Of a stretch of DNA of 58,794 bases, positions 47,513 to 54,326 are shown one piece after another. Numbering within the stretch: position 1 is the first letter of the stretch; the number at the start of each line of letters is the position of its first letter. Both the position numbers and the translations under genes were made by a program. Origin of the DNA: Clostridia bacterium (lineage in GTDB: Bacteria; Bacillota; Clostridia; Oscillospirales; CAG-272); NCBI GenBank assembly GCA_017522125.1, contig JAFXAC010000053.1, positions 1 to 58,794 of the forward strand, given 5' to 3'. The notes beneath the pieces are model-generated. The model did not search any database. It worked only from the letters and a program-made list of their open reading frames with translations, and was not told where the DNA came from.

Positions 47513-48274
47513 TCAATGTGCATCATAAGAGAGATTGCACTCCTTGCAAACATCTCGTTCGTGATCCTCGGAAAAGCTTACTCGCTCCATTATCCTTCCG
47601 CATTTAGGGCAGATATGTATCTGCTGATCGCCCACGTTCTCCGCTTTTATGCTTTTTCCGTAATCACATTCCAAATGGTAGTACACAGGATAGCCAAGCT
47701 TTTTGCTCATATATTCCGCAATTTCGATTTCCTGCTTGTTTAATGCAGAATCAAGCTTTACACGCTGATTTCCCGTATAGCGATCGCAAAGGCAGTTCAT
47801 CCAAAGCATATCCATTGATGAGTAATTCTCTTGCCAATTTTGAACCAAGCAATAATCCTCTTGGCTCTCTGCGGGAAAAGGAAGCTCGTAATACGCAATG
47901 GGCTTTCCGCAATCACAGCAAGTAAATACGCTATCTTGGTCGCGGGAATACGTTTGCATTTCAACTGCGCTTCTCTTTTTGCAACCACAATACTGCCCGC
48001 TTTCAACGTTTTCACCCATGGGGGTAAGGATGCAGTCGTATATTTCCTTAATTCTTTTTCGATCCCGTTTTACGTATACCCCATCATATTTTTCATCAAA
48101 GGAATCGGATTTTGGCAACGTTACGTACATTGCGTAATTCTCGTTTTTCGTTAGCGTATAGCTCTTCAAGATCTGCCCGTTTCGCTCAAGCGAGCAGAGA
48201 AAAGACCAGATCAGGTCTTCTGCGTCCTCTTGTGCTATGCTTTGCTTGGCAAACAACTCTATTTTACAAAACAT
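47513..48274 (-). CDS. 253-aa multi-zinc-ribbon protein (DUF2310-like)
   Basis: CCDCG, CPKCG and CKEC ribbons plus an N-terminal NGQIL segment. The family call is tentative. Confidence 0.45.
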   Translation of the reverse strand: MFCKIELFAKQSIAQEDAEDLIWSFLCSLERNGQILKSYTLTKNENYAMYVTLPKSDSFDEKYDGVYVKRDRKRIKEIYDCILTPMGENVESGQYCGCKKRSAVEMQTYSRDQDSVFTCCDCGKPIAYYELPFPAESQEDYCLVQNWQENYSSMDMLWMNCLCDRYTGNQRVKLDSALNKQEIEIAEYMSKKLGYPVYYHLECDYGKSIKAENVGDQQIHICPKCGRIMERVSFSEDHERDVCKECNLSYDAH

Positions 48275-48329
48275 ACTTCCTTCTCCTTTCGGGGCGTTAT
48301 ACTAAACTGATGTAAAATAAACTTTTTAC

Positions 48330-48680
48330 TTATGCGTTTTCCTTCGCGGTGGTGATGGAGGAGATGAGTCTGCGCCTGATCGAACCGCATTTGTTTTTTA
48401 AATCTTTATAGTTCGATTCGGTTATTTTCCCTTTTCTGAAAATCAGTTCAAGCCAATATTCAGTTTCCGAGCACTCCTTTAAAGAGATTTCAAGCTTATT
48501 TATAAAATCTGCCTTACTCTGTGCATATTTTGCTTCGTGAATATTAGCACCTATAGAGGATGAAGAACGGACAATTTGATTGGCGTAAATGGAGCAACCT
48601 TTGATTTCGTCGCATAGGTCTGATATTTGGATAGCAAATTCTATAGCGTCCTCTCGTAGTTGGTTCTTATTGTCTATCAT
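48330..48680 (-). CDS. Four-helix-bundle protein (23S rRNA intervening-sequence protein/Avd family), copy 1
   Basis: 116 aa with family-typical QIVRSSSSIGANI.EA and E..YWLEL motifs. Confidence 0.85.
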   Translation of the reverse strand: MIDNKNQLREDAIEFAIQISDLCDEIKGCSIYANQIVRSSSSIGANIHEAKYAQSKADFINKLEISLKECSETEYWLELIFRKGKITESNYKDLKNKCGSIRRRLISSITTAKENA

Positions 48681-48702
48681 TTTTTACTAATCCTTTATTC
48701 TG

Positions 48703-49015
48703 TCGATATGTTGCTTCGCAACTCGATATCAATACCTTCGGTATGTCGATATGTTGCTTCGCAACTCGATATGTTTTCGCTACGCTCAAACTCGATATAT
48801 GCTCACTTTGTTCGCATTCGATATGTTGCGCTTTGCGCAACGAGAGGCGCTTTGCGCCTTGGCGCTTTTCCCCAATCTCGTTTTGCCGCAAGGCAAAACA
48901 TATCGAGTCCCCGCAGGGGATATATCGAGCCGCCGCAGGCGGCATATCGACCGACGCGTCAGCGGCGCATATCGACATCGAGTCGTCGTGTCAGCGACAC
49001 GACAGACTCGACGTG
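48703..49015. repeat. Heptamer/hairpin array, copy 1 (6x TCGATAT, centre, 4x ATATCGA)
   Basis: TCGATAT at 48703, 48723, 48746, 48766, 48792 and 48818. ATATCGA at 48900, 48922, 48944 and 48969. Intervening palindromes include GTTGC-ttc-GCAAC and GTTTTGCC-gcaa-GGCAAAAC. Confidence 0.9.
48959..49015 (-). pseudogene. Orphan duplicate of the last 18 codons plus stop of rlmD (HVESVVSLTRRLDVDMRR*)
   Basis: 57/57 nt identical to 50335-50391. No upstream coding continuation: homology stops at 49015/49016. Confidence 0.85.
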
Positions 49016-49080
49016 GGGCAAGAGTACAAAAGGTATATTTTCATGCCAAAAACGGGGGTTGTAAAGCCAAAAGGTATATT

Positions 49081-49746
49081 TTAATTGTACTCTTCTACAT
49101 CACCAAGTAATTTAATAATTCCATTGTCCACAAGTATAGCACCTTTCATAATAGCAGTTGCATATACCGTTTTCTTGCGTTCTTCAAGAACCTTTTGAAT
49201 TGCTGCCTTTTGAGCGTCTTTCCCCTCATAATGCACTTCCAAATAAAAGTCATTCAAATACGGTAATCCCTCATAATATTTGAACTCTGGATAATCATCG
49301 TCGGGGGAAAGATGATATTCAGCAAGTTGAATAACGGCTCCCGCACTATAGCCCATAACAATCCCCTTATGCTTCATCAAAACATCTTTTAGATCAAATT
49401 CCTTGATGCGATCCATCATCCTATCTGGCAAGCCGCCGAGAAAATAGAGGATATCCGCATTTTCAATCTTTTCCTTTGCAGATTCCTTTGTATCCGTAAA
49501 ATAGTTGATAAACGAAACATTCTCCTCGGAGATTCCGTATGCAGTAAACCCACTAACAATACCTTCGTAAAACCTACCATTGCTTTTGCTATATAAGCAA
49601 TTCCAATCCGCAAGAGATTTAGCTTTACTGTCACGAAAAGAGAACGCAATTACCACTACTCTGTGAGTAGGTTGCATATATTTTTTTAATTCATCATAGA
49701 GCCATGGAGCATCTATATCGTAACCCTCAAGTAAAATATTAATCAT
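49081..49746 (-). CDS. Peptidase S51 (dipeptidase E-like, class I glutamine amidotransferase-like) protein
   Basis: ILYFLGG, GYSAGA nucleophile-elbow-like motif and a downstream His. ATGA overlap with four-helix-bundle copy 2. Confidence 0.6.
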   Translation of the reverse strand: MINILLEGYDIDAPWLYDELKKYMQPTHRVVVIAFSFRDSKAKSLADWNCLYSKSNGRFYEGIVSGFTAYGISEENVSFINYFTDTKESAKEKIENADILYFLGGLPDRMMDRIKEFDLKDVLMKHKGIVMGYSAGAVIQLAEYHLSPDDDYPEFKYYEGLPYLNDFYLEVHYEGKDAQKAAIQKVLEERKKTVYATAIMKGAILVDNGIIKLLGDVEEYN

Positions 49747-50099
49747 TGATTTTGATTCTCCTTTGCGGTGGTGATGGAAGCGATAAGTCTGCGCCTAATT
49801 GAGCCGCATTTGTTTCTTAGCTCTTTGTACGTGACCTTGCTCATTTTTCCTTTTCTGAAAATCAATTCAAGCCAATATTCAGTTTCCGAGCACTCCTTTA
49901 AAGAGATTTCAAGCTTATTTATAAAATCTGCCTTGCTCTGTGCATATTTTGCTTCGTGAATGTTTGCTCCGATAGATGATGAAGAACGGACAATTTGATT
50001 GTCGTAAACGGAGCAACCTTTGATTTCGTCACATAGGTCTGATATTTGAATTGCAAATTCAATCGCGTCCTCTCGGAGTTGGTTCTTATTGTCTATCAT
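49743..50099 (-). CDS. Four-helix-bundle protein (23S rRNA IVS protein/Avd family), copy 2
   Basis: 118 aa, about 90% identical to copy 1 with many synonymous differences. Confidence 0.85.
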   Translation of the reverse strand: MIDNKNQLREDAIEFAIQISDLCDEIKGCSVYDNQIVRSSSSIGANIHEAKYAQSKADFINKLEISLKECSETEYWLELIFRKGKMSKVTYKELRNKCGSIRRRLIASITTAKENQNQ

Positions 50100-50121
50100 T
50101 TTCTACTAATCCTTTATTTTG

Positions 50122-50391
50122 TCGATATGTTGCTTCGCAACTCGATATGTTTTCGCTGCGCTCAAACTCGATATATGCTCACTTTGTTCGCATTCGATAT
50201 GTTGCGCTTTGCGCAACGAGAGGCGCTTTGCGCCTTGGCGCTTTTCCCAAATCTCGTTTTGCCGCAAGGCAAAACATATCGAGTCCCCGCAGGGGATATA
50301 TCGAGCCGCCGCAGGCGGCATATCGAGCGACGCGTCAGCGGCGCATATCGACATCGAGTCGTCGTGTCAGCGACACGACAGACTCGACGTG
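50122..50391. repeat. Heptamer/hairpin array, copy 2 (4x TCGATAT, centre, 4x ATATCGA), overlapping the rlmD 3' end
   Basis: TCGATAT at 50122, 50142, 50168 and 50194. ATATCGA at 50276, 50298, 50320 and 50345. The rlmD stop TGA (50335-50337) lies in a hairpin loop. Confidence 0.9.
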
Positions 50392-51726
50392 TCCCGTTCT
50401 CGGAAACAGATCAACGGGAAGGACGGTGCCGATGCTCCAGCCGAGTTGGTAAAGGTGAGCAAGATCGCGTGCGAGCGTTGCGGGGTTGCAGGAGATATAC
50501 ACTATCTTCTTTACGCCTGCCCTATCGAGCGTATCAAGCAGCTCGGCGGCACAGCCCTTGCGCGGCGGGTCAAGCACGACCACGTCGGGAAGCTCACCCG
50601 CAACGCCGAGAAGCTCGGACGCGCCAAGCGCCGAGTCGGCGCACAAAAAGCGCGCGTTCTCAATGCCCGCGCGTGCGGCGTTAGCCACGGCGCACTCAAC
50701 CGCCTCGGGCACTATCTCAACGCCCGTAAGCCGTCCTACGCGCCCCGCCATAGAAAGTCCTACGCTTCCGATGCCGCAATAAAGGTCAAGAAGATGCTCG
50801 TCGCCGCGAAGTCCCGCCATATCAGCGGCGGTGCGGCAAAGAAGCTCGGCGGCATCGTGATTTACCTGATAAAACGCCGCGGGCGCGACGTCAAGCTCAA
50901 CGCCGCAAAAAACGTCCCTTATCGACGCCTTACCCGCCACGGTGATATATTCATTGCCAAGTATTACGTTGGAGTTTTTCGTATTTACGTTAAGTACCAC
51001 GCCCACGATGCGCGAAAACGTGCGCATCAGCGCCTCGGCAAGCTCGTCGGCGTGCGGCAAGCTCCTGCCCGCTATGACGATGCAAACGAGTATCTCGCCG
51101 TCCTCGCCCGCGCCCGTGCGCAGATAGAGGTGGCGCAAAAGTCCCTTGCCGCTTTCCTCGTCGTATACGGAAATCCCCTTTTTATATGCGAAATCGCAAA
51201 CGAATTTCGCTATCTTGCCGAATATCTCGGGCTGTAAGGGGCAGGATTCGTCGCCCGTAACGCGATGTGTTCCCGAGGCGTAAAAGCCCGCGCGAATGCC
51301 GCCCTCGTATGCCGCAAAGCGATATTGCGCCTTATTGCGATAGCCCCAGACCTCACCCGTGTGCGCGGTTTCGAGCACCTCAACGTGCGAAAGCCCCGCC
51401 TTATCAAGTTCGGAGCGCACGTTCTGCCGTTTCAGCTCAAGCTCGTGAGAGTATTTTATAAATCTGTACGCACAGCCGCCACAGCTTGCGGGGGCGGTGC
51501 ATCTGTCACTGCTCTCGCGCAACGGCGAGGGGGTGACGACCTTCATAAGCCTTCCGACGAGATAACCCTTGGTTATCTTTATTATCTTCACCTCTGCCCT
51601 CTCGCCGCTGACTGCGCCGTGGGTGAACACGACCTTGCCGTCCTCCGTCCTGCCTACTCCGTAGCCAAGATTGCTGACGGCGGTAACGTCGATTGTAACG
51701 ACGTCGTTTTTCTTTATATCAGACAT
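50335..51726 (-). CDS. rlmD: 23S rRNA (uracil-C5)-methyltransferase, RlmD/RumA family
   Basis: TRAM domain, Fe-S Cys cluster (CTAPASCGGC), SAM fold (DLYCGIG), nucleophile region YISCNP and terminal FPRTGHVE motif. Start taken at MSDIKK (51726). Confidence 0.85.
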   Translation of the reverse strand: MSDIKKNDVVTIDVTAVSNLGYGVGRTEDGKVVFTHGAVSGERAEVKIIKITKGYLVGRLMKVVTPSPLRESSDRCTAPASCGGCAYRFIKYSHELELKRQNVRSELDKAGLSHVEVLETAHTGEVWGYRNKAQYRFAAYEGGIRAGFYASGTHRVTGDESCPLQPEIFGKIAKFVCDFAYKKGISVYDEESGKGLLRHLYLRTGAGEDGEILVCIVIAGRSLPHADELAEALMRTFSRIVGVVLNVNTKNSNVILGNEYITVAGKASIRDVFCGVELDVAPAAFYQVNHDAAELLCRTAADMAGLRGDEHLLDLYCGIGSVGLSMAGRVGRLTGVEIVPEAVECAVANAARAGIENARFLCADSALGASELLGVAGELPDVVVLDPPRKGCAAELLDTLDRAGVKKIVYISCNPATLARDLAHLYQLGWSIGTVLPVDLFPRTGHVESVVSLTRRLDVDMRR

Positions 51727-52399
51727 AGTATTCCTCGCCGTTGTCAAGGCACAGGCAGGCAAGTCTGCCGCCGCGTGCCGCACCGCAGTCAATGGCTATA
51801 AAGCCCTCGCCGCGATATATATCGCCGTTGCACGAAAAATTCTCGGTGGTGGGCGCGTGTCCGACTATCATAGTAGCCTCGCCTACTGCGCACACGTCGG
51901 CACCGTCGGCAGAGAAATCTGCCCAATCGTAATCCTCAAGGTCCTTGTCAGCCTCATAGCCCTTTATTCCCGAATGAACGAGAACGTAGTCCCTGCCGCC
52001 GACGTGCAGAGTTTCGTAGGGTGCCATATCCGCAAGGTAGTCGATAACGCCCTCGCGCATATCCGCGTCAAGCTCGCGGAAGCCGTCAAGCGTGCGCTGT
52101 CCGCCCATTGCTATCCATTTTTGCATTTTTGCGATGAAGTCCGCGTCGGGTGCTTTTCCGTCCTTGAGCATTTCCGAAAAGCCCTCAAGCATCTCGGCGG
52201 CAAGCCTATCGTGCTCGCCCGCGACGGGCCAGACGTTTTCGCGCATACTGAGGTCGCACACAAGCTCAATAGGCTCGTCCCCTATATCAACGATATCGCC
52301 AAGCACGAACATAACGTCGTTCTTGGAAAAATTTATCTGCTCAAGCAGTGCGGTAAAATCGGCGTAGCAGCCGTGAATATTTGATACAACGTAGGTCAT
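51719..52399 (-). CDS. Metallophosphoesterase (PPP-family Ser/Thr phosphatase/ApaH-like)
   Basis: SNIHG, GDIVDIG and VHSG motifs. ATG 52399 preceded by GGAGGAG. Confidence 0.75.
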   Translation of the reverse strand: MTYVVSNIHGCYADFTALLEQINFSKNDVMFVLGDIVDIGDEPIELVCDLSMRENVWPVAGEHDRLAAEMLEGFSEMLKDGKAPDADFIAKMQKWIAMGGQRTLDGFRELDADMREGVIDYLADMAPYETLHVGGRDYVLVHSGIKGYEADKDLEDYDWADFSADGADVCAVGEATMIVGHAPTTENFSCNGDIYRGEGFIAIDCGAARGGRLACLCLDNGEEYYV

Positions 52400-52415
52400 T
52401 TTATCTCCTCCAAAA

Positions 52416-53180
52416 TCATATAGCGGTAAATGGTGAATAATCAAGTATTTCTACCGTAACGCCCGCATCGGCGGAGCGTACGATATCGGCAAGCCTTTGA
52501 CAAACGGGGTTTTCGGTATGATAATGCCCCGCCTCGATAAGCGCGATCCCCTGCCCCTCGGCGTAGCCCCAAGCGTGATGCTTGAACTCGCCGCCTATCA
52601 AAACGTCCGCACCGAGCGCGGCGGCGGGAGCGATAAAATCCGTGGTTGCGCCGCCCGCAACCGCAACGCGGCGAACCTTTTTGTCGGGGCAATTTGAATA
52701 TTTTACGCTCCGCGTTTTAAGCGTGCGCGAGGTGCGCTCGGCAAGCTCAAAAAGGCTTACCTCCTCGTCGAGCGTGCCTATCCTGCCGAGGTCGGGCACC
52801 TCCTCGTCACCAAATGGGACGGCATTGCAAATGCCCAAAAGACGGCAGAGGATATCGTTCACTCCGTCCTTTGCGGCATCAAGGCGCATATGAAACGAAA
52901 ACGCGGCAACCCCCGCGCCGTTAAGCTCGTCAAGCCATTTTGCGGGCGGCGTTCCCTCAATCGCCTCTCCGTATATAAGGGGATGATGGGTAAGAAGCAC
53001 GTCAAAGCCGCCGCTTATCGCCCTTTCCACAGCGGCGCGGTACGGGTCAAGCGCGACAAGTACGCGCCCCACCTCTCGGTCGGGGTGCGGCATAGCCTGC
53101 GCCCCGTCGGTGTCTATCTCCTCGGAGTAGCGGGGCGGAAGTATTTTTTCTATATATTCGTAAAGCTGTTTAACAGTCAT
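52416..53180 (-). CDS. Nif3-like dinuclear metal centre protein
   Basis: THHP and GHY.TE motifs. Classic trmK-nif3 gene pair. Confidence 0.8.
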   Translation of the reverse strand: MTVKQLYEYIEKILPPRYSEEIDTDGAQAMPHPDREVGRVLVALDPYRAAVERAISGGFDVLLTHHPLIYGEAIEGTPPAKWLDELNGAGVAAFSFHMRLDAAKDGVNDILCRLLGICNAVPFGDEEVPDLGRIGTLDEEVSLFELAERTSRTLKTRSVKYSNCPDKKVRRVAVAGGATTDFIAPAAALGADVLIGGEFKHHAWGYAEGQGIALIEAGHYHTENPVCQRLADIVRSADAGVTVEILDYSPFTAI

Positions 53181-53881
53181 TTTTTCTCCTTTACGGCGGC
53201 AAGGATATCAGCCGCCAGCTTTCTTTCGGGCGTTGCGTCGCGTGATGCGCTTTCAAGCCCGCGCGCACGGGTAAGAAGCACCTCCGCGGCAAAATCGGCA
53301 AGCTTTTTAAGCTTCTCTCCGCCGCGTGCGATATTGTGTCTGCCGAGTATCAGCTCGACCTCGCCGTATTCCTCACGCACTCCCGTATATTCGGCGGCGA
53401 TTATCTGGTATATCCTGCCGTCGCCAAGCCTTTCGTCCTCGGCAAGAGATTCGTCTATTATTGAAAATCCGCCCTCGGTAAGACCGCGGCGAAGCTCGGC
53501 GGCGCGCGTCATCGGCTGCATTATAAGCCGCACGCCCTCGCGCTTAGCAAGCTCTGATGCGCTGACTATGCGCCATATCAGCTCGCCGCCCATTCCGAGA
53601 ACGTACACGTCCTCGGGTGCGTATTCCTCAAGCCCCGAAAGTCCGTCTGTGCGCACGGCGGCAATTTTTTCGCCAAGCCCCGCGCCCGATATGTTTATCC
53701 TCGCGCGAGTTATCGGTCCTTCGTTTATATCCGAGGCAACGCCGCGCGGCGCAATTCCCTCTCCCACAAGGTATATGGGAAGGCTTGCGTGGTCCGTTCC
53801 GACGTCGGCAAAGGCTTTGCCACGGCGCGCAAACGACGCGGCGGCGGCAAGGCGCGAGTCAAGCTGTATTTTTTTCATCAT
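53177..53881 (-). CDS. trmK: tRNA (adenine22-N1)-methyltransferase
   Basis: SRL..AA.F.....ADVGTDHA.LPIYL N-terminus. Start ambiguous between 53881 and 53878. Confidence 0.75.
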   Translation of the reverse strand: MMKKIQLDSRLAAAASFARRGKAFADVGTDHASLPIYLVGEGIAPRGVASDINEGPITRARINISGAGLGEKIAAVRTDGLSGLEEYAPEDVYVLGMGGELIWRIVSASELAKREGVRLIMQPMTRAAELRRGLTEGGFSIIDESLAEDERLGDGRIYQIIAAEYTGVREEYGEVELILGRHNIARGGEKLKKLADFAAEVLLTRARGLESASRDATPERKLAADILAAVKEKK

Positions 53882-53934
53882 TTTTCCCGTAATTTGTTTT
53901 TTGGGGTGCTGCAAGCAGCACCCCATGATATCAA

Positions 53935-54138
53935 TTATGCTTTTGCGGCAAAGTAATCGTTGATAGCCTTTACAAGCTCATCAGCGTTGGTGCCGTGAAC
54001 GGCGCAAGCCTGCTCGATGGTCTCACCGCGTGCGGCGGGGCATCCGAGGCAATGCATTCCGATAGCAAAAAAGAACTGCGCGGTATCAACGTCAAAATCA
54101 AGAACGTCACCGATAATGCTTTCCTTAGTAACTTTCAT
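53935..54138 (-). CDS. DUF1858 / hybrid-cluster-associated redox disulfide domain protein (67 aa)
   Basis: MHCLGCP motif. ATG 54138 preceded by AAGGAGG. The longer ORF to 54258 has no RBS and an implausible N-terminus. Confidence 0.7.
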   Translation of the reverse strand: MKVTKESIIGDVLDFDVDTAQFFFAIGMHCLGCPAARGETIEQACAVHGTNADELVKAINDYFAAKA

Positions 54139-54326
54139 AATTACATCCTCCTTAAGTATAAAGCGTATATAATAATTATACCCATATCCCTCGCATTTGT
54201 CAAGGAAAAGAGTAAAGTTAAGATTTATTTTATAAAATTTGTATTTTCCTCTTGCCAAAGCGTTGAATAATATGTTATACTATAATGTAAAATAATTTCG
54301 TATGCCCATTGTGGCGGGAGGTTCTT

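Noticed and set aside
48703-49015. Possible CRISPR array (regularly spaced short repeats with variable spacers)
   Set aside because: The repeats are only 7 nt and switch orientation halfway. The spacers are 13-20 nt and are themselves palindromes. The whole array is duplicated nearly identically 1.4 kb away. No cas genes or leader are present.
48330-50099. Diversity-generating retroelement (four-helix-bundle protein as Avd, two diverged copies as TR/VR)
   Set aside because: No reverse transcriptase is in the window. The differences between the two copies are not restricted to adenine positions. They span whole genes and include many synonymous changes.
43161-50391. Integron-like cassette array (same-strand small ORFs separated by imperfect palindromes)
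   Set aside because: No IntI-type integrase or attI is adjacent. The junction palindromes do not show the RYYYAAC...GTTRRRY attC boundary logic: the array hairpins begin GTT and end AAC, the reverse of attC. The only recombinase in the window lies 7.5 kb away and has its own cognate inverted sites.
53903-53924. Perfect 10-bp hairpin GGGGTGCTGC-aa-GCAGCACCCC between DUF1858 and trmK as a terminator
   Set aside because: On the transcribed (minus) strand it is followed by an A-run, not a U-tract. It may be a processing or stability element, but it cannot be called an intrinsic terminator.
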